Notes under the pieces: generated by a model
Database searches by the model: none
What the model was told of the DNA's origin: nothing
The model's input: only the letters and a program-made list of their open reading frames with translations
Assembly (NCBI GenBank): GCA_000002435.2
Contig: CM018791.1
Strand: one strand, 5' to 3'
Length of the DNA stretch: 64,000 nt
From: Giardia intestinalis
Lineage: Eukaryota
Shown: in pieces, positions 19,177 through 29,800 of the stretch
How positions within the stretch are numbered: the stretch's first letter is position 1
How the letters are laid out: each line of letters starts with the position of its first letter
Position numbers and translations under genes: made by a program

Positions 19177-19292
19177 AAAATTCGGTCAAAAATTTAAACA
19201 ATTGGCTGGGGTGTCTGTGTTAAAACAATCCGAGTTCATCGATACGCCGTAACCAGCCATCGCTACAATAAGGTGAGCACAGGACTGATATT

Positions 19293-20693
19293 ATGCCATC
19301 TGAGGCCTTTTTAACCGATACTCTGAACCTTGGGGTGGACGATATTCCAGCTGAGTACCGTACCTCTTTTCTTCTTGCTACGCTTTTTCGAGTGAAGCCA
19401 GGGGGGATCTGGACAAATGAGGATGATCGTATCACTCTCCGCGCATTCCCTGAGGCCGTTTTGGGCGACGTCTGTGCTGATGCTATAGTTGAGTTAGATG
19501 CTAGCATTCAGCCGGTGTTCCCACTATCTTTTTACAACCCAACACACACCTGTCTGCAGATGCAAAATGCTTTCAACTTAAAGTCCAATTCGCTGGATGA
19601 GCGGGTAAAGGTGCTTTCGACCTGCAGAGATGATGAGCTAGTATTTAAGTGCTATACAAAGCAGTACGGGCTCGGATGCAAGCACTACCTGTGCAAGTGT
19701 CAGGTTTATTGTGTTGCTTGTGACAGATTTTACTTTTGCAGACAGTGTCACAACGAAGCACATCGGAACCACGACTTAGAGTATATTGATTCTTCTCACA
19801 CCACCCCCCAGATTAAGTGCGTTCTCTGCGGGGCAGTTTCTCCGCCGACTTCAATTTGCCCTTCATGTGGAGTCAACTTCGCCGAGTACTATTGCCCCAT
19901 GTGCTTATTATACTGTGATGCTGGCCAAGAAATGCATCCTCGTGGGCATTGCAGCACGTGCGGCGTCTGCGTTTTGTACAATAATACACTCCCTGGTGTT
20001 GAAGACCGCTGTCAATTGCACGTAAGCAACGACGCTGTTGATGAAGATCTGTGCCAGTTCTGCATGGGATCAGTCGACAATCAAAGGAACTCGTTTCTCA
20101 TGCCATGTGGTGCCCACTATGCACACACTCAGTGTTATACGCGATCCATTGCTGAGTGTTCGTATCAGTGTCCATCATGTAAGAAGCTCATTTTGTACTC
20201 AACCATGCGGGCGGAGTTTGAGGTTCGGATGCGTGAGCTTTTCGAGATAACAAAGCGGCCCCCCGAAATTCTCACGAACCTCGCCAGCTACATATGTTAT
20301 GAGTGCGGAGAGTCGTTCGTAGATCAGCCTCATATTGTTCCTCTACGCTGTTGGAACCCAGCCTGCCTTTCTTTTAATACAGCCCCAATTGACGACAAAA
20401 TGACCAGCAACATGCGGAGACAGATATTTGAAGCTCAGAATCAAGTATTCAGGAGAATGAAACTTGTGCCCCTAGAGTTTAACTTGGAGCGTGCGCTAAT
20501 TAGAATGGTCTATAACTTGACCGAGCGGTACGGAGCTGAGATCCGCGCCCACTTTAATCTTGATGCAAAAATGCCATTAGGTGAGCGTTACGTTGTCTCA
20601 TATCTTTCAGAACTGCATCCAGATTTGTTTAGGGGTGTCGCCTCTCGGGACGACCTTTTGGAGAGGTTGCAAACGTTCCTCAATCGAAAATAA
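19293..20693 (+). CDS. RCHY1: CHY zinc-finger + CTCHY + RING-H2 + zinc-ribbon E3 ubiquitin ligase (Pirh2/RCHY1-like, 466 aa)
   Basis: Segment 'GCKHYLCKCQVYCVACDRFYFCRQCHNEAHRNH...CVLCG...CPSCG...YYCPMC...HCSTCGVC' is a CHY/CTCHY zinc finger. It is followed by a RING-H2 ('CQFCMGSV...MPCGAHYAHTQC...CPSC'). This architecture is diagnostic of Pirh2. Confidence 0.7.
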   Translation: MPSEAFLTDTLNLGVDDIPAEYRTSFLLATLFRVKPGGIWTNEDDRITLRAFPEAVLGDVCADAIVELDASIQPVFPLSFYNPTHTCLQMQNAFNLKSNSLDERVKVLSTCRDDELVFKCYTKQYGLGCKHYLCKCQVYCVACDRFYFCRQCHNEAHRNHDLEYIDSSHTTPQIKCVLCGAVSPPTSICPSCGVNFAEYYCPMCLLYCDAGQEMHPRGHCSTCGVCVLYNNTLPGVEDRCQLHVSNDAVDEDLCQFCMGSVDNQRNSFLMPCGAHYAHTQCYTRSIAECSYQCPSCKKLILYSTMRAEFEVRMRELFEITKRPPEILTNLASYICYECGESFVDQPHIVPLRCWNPACLSFNTAPIDDKMTSNMRRQIFEAQNQVFRRMKLVPLEFNLERALIRMVYNLTERYGAEIRAHFNLDAKMPLGERYVVSYLSELHPDLFRGVASRDDLLERLQTFLNRK

Positions 20694-20763
20694 AAAGAAG
20701 TAGTCATTGAGTGATGGGTGCAGTAGCTCAAGATTTTCTACTTAGTCCGACATCTATGCATAG

Positions 20764-22776
20764 ATGCTTTGTAAATTAAAAATGAACCGAGGGAGCATTG
20801 AGGACCTGTTCAAGCAGATGACTCCCATCTACGATCTGGTGTGTAAGTGTACAGAGACGCAGGAGAAAGAGCTGCTAGATGCGCAAGAGCGTATCGATTA
20901 TCAATTTGAGCTCATCACTAGTCGTGTTTTTATCATTTGTCTTCTGCAACACATACAGTGCGTCCACCGTAATTGTCACTCCTCCTACCTTCAGTATGTT
21001 AGGGACAACGCAGTTGATCTTATTGTTGGGTGCTACTCTACTCCCATTGATGAGTCTCCTTTGATCAAGGCTCTGACACAACTGGTCTCTCAATTTGAGG
21101 CCAAGCAAGAGAATAGTGATAGCAGTACAGCAGACTCTAAGTTTAAGGAGGGCCATGAAGAGACTGAAAAGCCCCTCAGCGTTGAGGCGTTTACTCTGCG
21201 CTTCAAAGAGGCGACGTACGAGCTGTTCCGTCAGGACTGGGACCGCCGTCGTACCTTCGCTGCAGCAGTGCAAGATGCAGTTCTTAAAGAACTGGAGAAG
21301 GTCAACGTCAGACTCCCAGTGGTATCTGAAAAGGTTCTAGATCCACTTTCAGACAAACCCTTATTTATCCCCCCTTCCATGATAGATAAGCAGCGCCAAT
21401 ATCTTATCCAGGAATTAGACGTGGCAATTGAATCTCTAGAGCGGGAGTTAGGAGGTGATAGCGTCAGAAAAGCAACAGACAGGCCCGAGCATGAGCTCCA
21501 TGAACTGATTCGTCAGATGGAAGGGGCCAAGAAGGAACTGGATGCTTGTTTACACGCAGCTGTCGCCGGTGGCCTAGAATCACCCTTAGACGATATTCTT
21601 CTGGATTTATCCTCTCCAATCCGTAAGCCCGTAACCACGCAAGTCGAGTTACATCCCAGAATTGTTAGCGCGCAAACAATTTTGTCAAACTTTTGCGATT
21701 TCCTTAAAAAGCAGCACGACAAATTCATTGAAGAAAAGGACATATTACTTAAAGAAACACCAATACAATTGTTTGTCCATACGCTCTTGAAGAAACTATC
21801 AGACTCTGACCTGACCACCAGTAGCACGGTGGATTCTAAGACTCTAGTAGCAGTTGATGAGCTGATCGCGGCATGTGACAGAATCATCGCCGATGCATCT
21901 CCCGTGGCTGAAAATCTAAAGCAATCCTACATATTCAGCAACCCAGGGGCGCAGGCTCAGTATAATGTTGACTCTCTGGCAGATGCAGCCGAAGGGGCCC
22001 TTTACTTCCTTGAAGCTAAGAAGGAGATTCCACCCGTTCCACTAATCCACCATTCAGGGCCTCCTTCGCTTACCACGCCGCTCAAGACAGTGGCAACCAT
22101 GGTGAGGGAGTTCTTCAACTATAGCGAAGATAAAAAGCAGGACCTAAAGGCTCTTGTTACGGGTCTTTTACCACTTTCCGGGTTTGTGGCGTCCCTGCTA
22201 CCATCTAGCTTTTCAAAACAATTGAATATGCTGTCCTCATGTTCCCTGGATATTCAAGGGGTTTTAAAGGTAGCGATAGATTCCTTGGACAAGCTATCTA
22301 CGTCAATCCTTCCGCCACTGTCTCCCCTCTTGCAAACTCCTACTGCCGCTGAAACCGTTAACAGGCCAATTGTATCCCAGCCAATAACATCTTCTGTCTT
22401 ACGCTCGTTTTCAAAAAAGTATGTGGCTACCAGTCAACTCTTTAAGCAACTGCTTGCACAACTAGAAAAGTCTAAAAGAAAACTTTCAGACCAGTGTGTT
22501 AAGAAAGACGAGGCGGACGAACTTCGCAGAGAACAAGAAAGCTATAGCAATCTTGAGACAGAGACTCAGCTGGAGAAGCTCATAGACAATTTAAAAACCA
22601 CATATATCTGTCCTATTTGTCGTGATGACCTCAGTAATGCATTCCTTGTGGGCTGCGGACACATTGCGTGTTCTGCGTGCTTATACCACATGTACGAGAC
22701 GCGCACACGCAAGTGCCCCATATGCCAGAAGCCATATAAACAAGAAGACATTGTCGAGTTTGCAGTCATACGATGA
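20764..22776 (+). CDS. Coiled-coil protein with C-terminal C3HC4 RING finger, putative E3 ubiquitin ligase (670 aa)
   Basis: C-terminus 'CPICRDDLSNAFLVGCGHIACSACLYHMYETRTRKCPICQKPY'. The upstream region is helical and charged. Initiator 'gtaaattaaaaATG'. Confidence 0.65.
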   Translation: MLCKLKMNRGSIEDLFKQMTPIYDLVCKCTETQEKELLDAQERIDYQFELITSRVFIICLLQHIQCVHRNCHSSYLQYVRDNAVDLIVGCYSTPIDESPLIKALTQLVSQFEAKQENSDSSTADSKFKEGHEETEKPLSVEAFTLRFKEATYELFRQDWDRRRTFAAAVQDAVLKELEKVNVRLPVVSEKVLDPLSDKPLFIPPSMIDKQRQYLIQELDVAIESLERELGGDSVRKATDRPEHELHELIRQMEGAKKELDACLHAAVAGGLESPLDDILLDLSSPIRKPVTTQVELHPRIVSAQTILSNFCDFLKKQHDKFIEEKDILLKETPIQLFVHTLLKKLSDSDLTTSSTVDSKTLVAVDELIAACDRIIADASPVAENLKQSYIFSNPGAQAQYNVDSLADAAEGALYFLEAKKEIPPVPLIHHSGPPSLTTPLKTVATMVREFFNYSEDKKQDLKALVTGLLPLSGFVASLLPSSFSKQLNMLSSCSLDIQGVLKVAIDSLDKLSTSILPPLSPLLQTPTAAETVNRPIVSQPITSSVLRSFSKKYVATSQLFKQLLAQLEKSKRKLSDQCVKKDEADELRREQESYSNLETETQLEKLIDNLKTTYICPICRDDLSNAFLVGCGHIACSACLYHMYETRTRKCPICQKPYKQEDIVEFAVIR

Positions 22777-22824
22777 GAAGCCTGGCCGCTGACGTATTCT
22801 GCTGCTTACCAATGCTCCTATCTT

Positions 22825-25131
22825 TCATGACTCTAGTGCCGCTAACAGTTCAGTATTGTACTTCCTAAACTTCAGACTTGTGATAGTATCCAACTGACTA
22901 GGTTCCTCGGCTGCTATGACATCCAAAATCATTGAAGCCAGGACAGAGCAGATGTATGCAGAGCGTCCATGGAAGCTGTCACTGGCGCTTTTGATAACAA
23001 AGGCGCCCTCTTTTCGATGGCCACTTCCCCTAGCGGTAGTTGTTGACCGTGAGCGCACGCGAGAAGAACTCCTGGGAGGTGGTACGGTCAACATCGTTTC
23101 GTCCGTTTCATAAAGAAATTTAAGGATGCATGGAAAGAAGTTTTTGGTGGCAAGAAACACGCTCCTAAAGTTTTCATGAACACAGGCTTTCAGTATACAA
23201 AGTAGGATGGTCCCGACATAATCTGGCTCATCCTCCAACTTGACCAAAAAGGACAAGAGGGTCTCCGGAAGCTTCTTCACGTGGTCTGGGTTTAAGAGAA
23301 CCTTGCCGGAGTTCAGAAGATTGCTTAGCATTGATATTGCTTCCAGCTTGAGGAGTTCAGGTGAAGAGTTCCGGAGGATTAAACTAACTGTGAATTTTAA
23401 GACGCCTGGATTCTTGGCTATAAACTGGAGAGGTGCCGATGCCACCGCTCCCAGTAAGACTGTCGTGTACTTGTCACTGTCACGCTTTAACATGACGTCC
23501 ATAAGTTCTGGGATATGAGCAAAGGACTTGTCAGTAATTTGACGCTTCGGGATCATAGGGTAATGCGTAGCTATATTGCTGAACATAAGATAGAATTCTG
23601 GAGTGTCCAGCCGCACAGCCTGCCTACTGAGTGGAACAAGGATTCCAGAGGCGATCACTGGCAGAGTTGTCCGCCCTGAAATAAACAGATTAACGAGCAA
23701 GGCAATTAGTTCCATTGGTGGCCTAGGGAGAAGGCATGCAGCTAGAATGGAGAACATCAAGATGTCCGTTCGCTCAAACGACTCTAATCCTAAGTCATCT
23801 GTGGAGAGAATGTAAAGAAAGCGTGCGTAAGCTACAACTACGTTCGTTATGTGGTCCAGCTCAGCTGTCTCCGCGCGGCAGTCATGTCTGGAAACAATCG
23901 GTAGAAGCTGACTTACTTCGGGCCAAGATGTGCCCCCAGAGGTAGATGTAATCGAGAGCTTTTCGCCTAAAACAGCCACTAGCTCTTGTAGCAGTTTTGA
24001 AAAATGTGGCTGAAGAGACAAAAGAACGCCAGCCCTGACAATTGTGTGTCTAGCTGTATCATCGAAACATAAGTTGTACAGAAACCGTAAGATAGAATCG
24101 ACCGAGGATCCTGCAGTGTCTTCTCCCAAGAGCTTAATTACATTAGCCAAAATATCCGTACTCATTGTGAGCCGTGCGCCTTCGGGAGTGATGGCAAGTC
24201 TGCGCAAGAAAGTAACTGCAAGAGCGATAAGGGGCTGATTGATCGGCCTTCTCTTAATGATTGTGCCAATGTAGGACACAAACTTCTCAATCTCACAAAA
24301 TAAAATAAGCTCGTTCTGCAGCTCTGACGCAGCCTCCGACAGGTTGATAACTGTATGAATAGCTGCAAAGAGAAGCTTATCCTGGATTTCAATCATACGC
24401 TTGTATCGCTCATACTCTTCCAAATAGTATTTCTTCTTCGACTCCTTCTCCATATCTTTGGCCGCCTGGACATCCTTTTTAATCTTGGCTATTTTAGTGT
24501 ACCAAACCTTGTGGCGCTTTTCCTCCTGCTCAATTAGCCTTATAAGGGCATCGGGGATGTTTTGTCTGAGAAGCTGGCGTCCATAGGTGCAGTGGTGCGA
24601 CAGCGAAAAGAAAATAAAGCATATGTTTGTCGCAAATAACATGGACTTTGCTCCGTCCTCACGCAAGCTGCGCGTTAATGCTGCAAGAAGGACATCGTTG
24701 AAGGCCAAGACATTAAGGTTCTCTGCCTTTTCGCAAAGCTTGAAAATACGGCTTGTTGCTTCTATTTTGATCGGAAGTTCGTCATAGAAGCACTCAATAT
24801 ATTGATTAATCTTATTAATAGATGGCTCGCCACAGATAGCGAGTTCACGGTTTTCTAGAAGAGCGCCAAGCAGGCACTTAAGCAGATCCCTGTTGCTTTC
24901 TGTAAAAAGACTGCACCCGAGAATGAGCTCATCAACGATTTCCGGGATGTTCTCTCGGCTAAATACCCCCACGGGGAAGGTCTTCTTGTTAGGTCGGATG
25001 GTCTTGTGAAGAGCCCCAGTGGCCTCGTCCCTATTAACTATGATTGCTTCGTAGTGAATAACAATGGCCTTTTTTAACAAATCTATTTCTATGGCACCGG
25101 GTCGAACCTTCTTGGAGACTGTTGCTTGCAT
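22825..25131 (-). CDS. KIFAP3: Kinesin-associated protein 3 (KAP3/KIFAP3) homologue, armadillo-repeat kinesin-2 accessory subunit (768 aa)
   Basis: Collinear match to the KAP3 N-terminal region, recalled from memory: query 'YIECFYDELPIK...LREDGAKSMLFATNICFIFFSLS...IEQEEKRHKVW' versus KAP3 'YIELLYEDIPDK...[23 protein letters not shown]...IDHELKRHELW'. Length also fits. Confidence 0.7.
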   Translation of the reverse strand: MQATVSKKVRPGAIEIDLLKKAIVIHYEAIIVNRDEATGALHKTIRPNKKTFPVGVFSRENIPEIVDELILGCSLFTESNRDLLKCLLGALLENRELAICGEPSINKINQYIECFYDELPIKIEATSRIFKLCEKAENLNVLAFNDVLLAALTRSLREDGAKSMLFATNICFIFFSLSHHCTYGRQLLRQNIPDALIRLIEQEEKRHKVWYTKIAKIKKDVQAAKDMEKESKKKYYLEEYERYKRMIEIQDKLLFAAIHTVINLSEAASELQNELILFCEIEKFVSYIGTIIKRRPINQPLIALAVTFLRRLAITPEGARLTMSTDILANVIKLLGEDTAGSSVDSILRFLYNLCFDDTARHTIVRAGVLLSLQPHFSKLLQELVAVLGEKLSITSTSGGTSWPEVSQLLPIVSRHDCRAETAELDHITNVVVAYARFLYILSTDDLGLESFERTDILMFSILAACLLPRPPMELIALLVNLFISGRTTLPVIASGILVPLSRQAVRLDTPEFYLMFSNIATHYPMIPKRQITDKSFAHIPELMDVMLKRDSDKYTTVLLGAVASAPLQFIAKNPGVLKFTVSLILRNSSPELLKLEAISMLSNLLNSGKVLLNPDHVKKLPETLLSFLVKLEDEPDYVGTILLCILKACVHENFRSVFLATKNFFPCILKFLYETDETMLTVPPPRSSSRVRSRSTTTARGSGHRKEGAFVIKSASDSFHGRSAYICSVLASMILDVIAAEEPSQLDTITSLKFRKYNTELLAALES

Positions 25132-25157
25132 TTTTGATTTTATAAACCTGGAATTTT
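25132..25157. promoter_or_regulatory. 26-bp divergent spacer between the KAP3 (-) and 25158 (+) genes, minimal bidirectional promoter
   Basis: Head-to-head ATGs 26 bp apart. The spacer is A/T-rich ('tttttgattttataaacctggaattttATG'). Confidence 0.35.
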
Positions 25158-25772
25158 ATGCTGATGAACACCCCTGTTTCTAAAGCTTCTATCAGTGTCT
25201 CCAGTGCCCTCCATCTTAGTTCCAAGGATCTCATCAACTCAATACTCAAGAAGATATGTGTTGCGTTTAATCGCTTTAGGCCGGGCATCTTAGAATGTTC
25301 AAAGACGATCAAATTTCGGTATCCTGAAGAGTTCTTTTCGGCTGCAATGAAAGAGTTTGTCTCTAGATGTGCTCGATCGCTGTCTCTATTACAACACTTT
25401 TTGGAGATAGAAACTATTAGTCAAGAATTACACGTTACCCCAGAGCAGCTAGAGACTCTGATCTTGTCTGGGGAGTCATTGGTAGAAAAGCTGCGCAATG
25501 AGCTAGAAATCCTTAAGGCTGCAAGCTCTCTGGATCAGGCTACCCTTCTTATGAAGCACGTTCACCGTAGCGCTAAACAAAGGCATGCGGTTGCCCACAA
25601 GAATGCTCTCTTAAAACTTCTACTGGGAATAGTCGAGACCATTATGAAAGAACAGTATCCACGAGATGGGATGTCTTCTGCAAATATCCTTCTAAGTAAT
25701 GTCATTCAACACATTAACAATTTAGATACCGTCGTCAGTGATGCGCGTAAACTCCTAGCTGATGTACCATGA
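25158..25772 (+). CDS. Hypothetical protein (204 aa)
   Basis: ATG at 25158. Helical, no recognised domain. Confidence 0.5.
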   Translation: MLMNTPVSKASISVSSALHLSSKDLINSILKKICVAFNRFRPGILECSKTIKFRYPEEFFSAAMKEFVSRCARSLSLLQHFLEIETISQELHVTPEQLETLILSGESLVEKLRNELEILKAASSLDQATLLMKHVHRSAKQRHAVAHKNALLKLLLGIVETIMKEQYPRDGMSSANILLSNVIQHINNLDTVVSDARKLLADVP

Positions 25773-25896
25773 GTCTGTAAGAACACCTGAGTGTCTGATG
25801 TACTTTGTAAAAGGGCCTACCCACATCTGAGCAAAGTTCAACAGCGTAGTATTATTCTGCTGATTCTGCTTGAACAAATGTCAAGCTTCTTTTTGG

Positions 25897-26695
25897 GCGT
25901 GTCCGCGGCGTCTGGGCTGGGACTGGAGCCTTGGGGAGGCACGCAGCAGCCAGGGTCGGCAGCATGCTCAGCAAGGATGCCTTCAGTGTTATCTACTCTC
26001 TCAGGAGAGGCCCCCACCTCACCGTGGAGGAGATTCAGCTCGGTGGCCTGGACAAGAACAGTGCAGATGCCATCAGACTAGAGCTGACCGCCCTTCTCGA
26101 CCTCTCCCATCCAGGGGTCCTCAAGTATCATCAAGTGATTGAAGACGAGGGCCTCATCTACGTCGTCACGGACCGCCACAGCAGGACTCTTGACAACCTC
26201 CTCGCCGAGCACAAGCGAAGGAAGAACCTCGTCCCTATCGCTATGATCCTCTCCGCCATGAAGCAGGTCGCTGCCGCCCTCGCCTACCTCCACGGCGTCA
26301 ATGGGGCAAACAATAGGGGGCTTGTCCACTGTGACCTCAGGCCTGCCAACATATTTATCAGCGCAGACGGAGAGCGCTTCATCATCGCTGGCCTCGGCCT
26401 CTGCAAGGACGCCCTGTGGAGTGAGAGCACTCTCATGGGAGTGGCAGTATACATGGCCCCCGAGGTGCTCCTCCGTAATGAGTCCAGCCCCGCCTCCGAC
26501 GTGTGGAGCCTCGGGGCCATCATTTATGAATTAGTAACTCTGAGGAGACCGGACTTCCTGGGGGGCAAGGAGCCAGCAGAGGTCTTCGTCGACGGGTGGA
26601 GGCCGGACCTGAGCGGTGTCGCTGATGGCTTCATGCAGAATGTTCTGGAGAGGATACTCGTGCTGGATCCTGGAAGGAGGCCGACGGCCAGGAAG
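25897..26695. repeat. Left arm of an inverted duplication (about 800 bp), covering the 5' UTR and most of NEK-like pseudokinase copy A
   Basis: Translated segments are identical on opposite strands: 25870..26142(+) versus 35946..36236(-), and 26078..26329(-) versus 35759..36010(+). The nucleotide match begins at 'tgtccgcggcgtctgggctggg'. It is identical over the first roughly 600 bp and diverges by scattered substitutions over the last roughly 200 bp. Similarity ends after the RPTAR codons. Confidence 0.8.
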
Positions 26696-26800
26696 CTCGT
26701 CCGTCTACTTCGGATTCTCAACATCTCTGCTGATGGACAGGAAGCCCGAGGCACAAGGCTAAAGGTCATTTACTCTGTTTCACCGAGGTTGGTTTGCTAA
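25964..26800 (+). CDS. Truncated NEK-like pseudokinase, copy A (279 aa from first ATG)
   Basis: Kinase C-lobe motifs 'HCDLRPANIFI' (HRD-like catalytic loop) and 'VAVYMAPEVL' (APE). DFG is degenerate ('AGLGL'). There is no Gly-rich loop or VAIK because the N-lobe is missing. The track ORF starts at TTG 25931; the first ATG is 25964. The sequence is duplicated in inverted orientation at 35.4-36.2 kb. Confidence 0.6.
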   Translation: MLSKDAFSVIYSLRRGPHLTVEEIQLGGLDKNSADAIRLELTALLDLSHPGVLKYHQVIEDEGLIYVVTDRHSRTLDNLLAEHKRRKNLVPIAMILSAMKQVAAALAYLHGVNGANNRGLVHCDLRPANIFISADGERFIIAGLGLCKDALWSESTLMGVAVYMAPEVLLRNESSPASDVWSLGAIIYELVTLRRPDFLGGKEPAEVFVDGWRPDLSGVADGFMQNVLERILVLDPGRRPTARKLVRLLRILNISADGQEARGTRLKVIYSVSPRLVC

Positions 26801-29800
26801 CTGCTGCCTGAGTAATCTCTCCATGCGAGCCACCGCCGTTTTGGGCAGGTGGACCTTCCGCTTGCTCTTGGCAAGATCCAGAATCCGAAATCCAATATCA
26901 AGGATCTAAAAGTCGGATGTCCTCTGATTCTGGTGGGAGAAGAAGAAAGTTTGCCCTATCCTCTTGGGAGCTGCTGTGTTCCTCGCAGCGCCTTCTAGGA
27001 CCTCCCCTTCCGCCGGCTGGTTGTGGGCAGTCAGGACTCGTCCGCCTCTGTCAGCCAAGCACCCAAGGGGCCCCATCTCTTGTCGAGGGATTTACATGGG
27101 TCACATGGTGAGTCCACTCCGACAAGCGGTGCGTAGTTGGCCATCGGGGTGGGATCTTGGCCAGCGTCAGCTTAGCATGATGAGAGGTTGGCGCCATCAC
27201 CAGCTACATGCCTTCAGTCGCCTTCTCTATCGCCTTGAGGGAAGAAGCATCCTCCTTGCCGCCAAAATGGGATGGCGTCCAAGCCTCGATTCCCAGACTT
27301 CGGATGGTGAACAAGCGAGGAAGTTCTTAGCGTGACGCCTGCGTGAGGGATTTATTCGGAGAGCAGCTACGACGTACAGTTGTATGTTTCTCCTACAAGC
27401 CTGGTAATTGACCAGGGTTGCTTTACAGTCGTGGAGACACTGCGGCGTCTCTCTAAGCCTTTTATAGAGACGATCCAGTTTAGCGTAGAAGAGCGAACGC
27501 GACCCAGCCCCGTTCCTACCTGCTGCTCTACGGTTTGCTGCCGCTACTTGTTGTTCTCACTTCCCCTGCTATTGATAGTCGCAATACTCTCTGGAGCAAT
27601 CGCTTGCATCCATCCGCAACCCTAGGCGTTACGGCTTGGAAGTCCATGTCACCGCATAAGCTCTATGGAGGGCATTTACTAGCCATGGCAGATGGAGGTC
27701 GCCGCTTCTGGAGGCCCTGGTGCATACCGGGCCTAGAAGACGCTGACTCCACTGGCTGCAGGAGCTGCCACCCACATGTGACAGCTTGAAGTAGCACCAC
27801 TTCGAGGACAGGGGATATTCACAGCTCGAGAGGACCTGGCAGCAGAGAACAGACTCAGGCATAGCCACAAACAGACCCACCAATCCGGATGGATGAGGGC
27901 GGACACCTAATTGGCAAGCCGTTGGCTAGTCTATGTAGAGGCGCATCCTCTAACAGCAGGGTCTGGCACACGAAGTCTAAGGGCGACCATGGGTACACAG
28001 CAGACGGGCAGAAGCCTGCTTTTTAATGTGTGGAGGCTTTGATGAGGCAATCCTAAGTTTAATGAAGGCCGGGACCGGTAGCTCTAACAGACAGTTCCCC
28101 AGCTTTGGAATACTTGCGTCACCATAGAGTCAATACAGTGAGTTGTCTGTAGTAACAAATCTGTGGAGATAAGAGCAGACTCCTATCAAACTAACTAGAT
28201 ACTAATGGATCCTAGCGTGAACTCGCAGTATAGGGACTTGCAGAAGGCACCGCGTTCTACTCATCTGAGTAAGACAGCCAACTGAGTGAACCCATAATGC
28301 AAAGACCACGAGGCCAAGGGCTCCTCCATAGCCTTAGAAGCTAACATCACAAGAGTCACACTGGCCGCGGAGTGCTTTCCGATCCCCTGAGGCTCAGCAG
28401 CATGGCTTCAGTTCCTAGTATGGCCAGACAGGCTTGAGACATGAGATACTCTGTCTGCTGCAAAGCACACCTTCTGGCAGCGACTCTGGTCTATCGGGTA
28501 ACTCTCGCATAGAGGAGGCAGATGGCTCTGAAGCGTCACTGCTCGCCTGGTAACTCTGGATCATGGCAGAGGAAGTTTTTTATGAAAATGCACTCCTAGT
28601 GTGTAGATCCGCGTTTTCATGCGAAGCGAGAAGAGGCTCCTGGGTTGATCTTTCATGCCTCCCTCTGCTCTAGCAAAAAGTAACGCAACGTATGCACTAT
28701 TGATCTATGTCGCTATGGCAGCCGTAGTTAACTAGCCAACGAGACAATCGCTAGAGGAACCCTCGCACACTTATGAGCAGAGGCGCAGCCTGAGAGCAGT
28801 CATCTGGCCGCTAAGTGATGGAGGAGCAGACACAGCGCTGCTCCGTGCAATCACACTCTCTCACTTTAGTGGCTATGTGGGCAGCCCCGGTCTTGTGAGG
28901 TCTGCGGATAAGCTGCTTCACCCCATAAAGCATCCAGAATTACTACAGGTGACACTTGCAAAGTCTTACTGCGGGAGGCCATGCTCCACTAGAGACGTGG
29001 CTCTGGAAACACCTTGGCTGATGGGAGCTCCCCTCTGGCGTTCTTAGGGGCGGTGTCTGTCTACAATAGCTCTACACCCACTGCCTGTATATGGCCCAAC
29101 TGTGCCGTATTAGACCCCTGTCTCCACTGAATGGCTGATTCGAGGGCGATTGCCGTTACCAAGATGATACCTTACATTGACTGCTAAGAGCTGTCTTTGC
29201 ATATATTACGCTGCTTAGTACTGCGCTCAAACGAAGCTTGCTATCGTTCCGCAGCCATTGTGGATTGGAAGAACAGTTAGCACTCTCAGTGGTCCATGTG
29301 GTAATCGGAAGTCAGGGAAGTCTAAGTTGAGTGGGAAAGCTTGAAGAGGAAGTAGCAGCTCTTGTACTCCTCTGCTGGGTGATGCAGAGAACTGGCTCGT
29401 TTCTTAGCGTCGATAGTTCTTCAGAATGAACGTTTCTTTGTTTAAGACTTGCATGCTTCGGATTGCCCTCTGCTGGCAACAGAGCAGCCACCACCCTGCG
29501 TGTCTCCTTCAGACACAGTTTCGTCTATGACGGTGCCTTCTGTTTCTTCTCTGGAGAGGCATAACCGTCCCAATCCAGACACCTTGCTCTCAGCACACAC
29601 CTCGTATCTATCAGAGGCCAGGTGTTCGTCAACCATATCCCGTGAGCATCAGCGCTGTGTCGCTATGTTACTTCCTGTCCCTCTTGAGGGGCGTATTCTG
29701 ACCATCTTAGTGTTTCTATGATGGAGAGCTGTGGATCCGGAGGTGATTGTTGCTTTCTGGCCCCCCTCTGCTGTTCAGTAGACTGCAAGAGTGCCCTTCA

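Noticed and set aside
26078-26329. 83-aa ORF 'MDKPPIVCPIDAVEVGEGG...' present identically at 35759..36010 on the opposite strand.
   Set aside because: It lies antisense within the duplicated pseudokinase coding sequence. Its duplication is simply a consequence of the inverted repeat and is not evidence for a separate gene.
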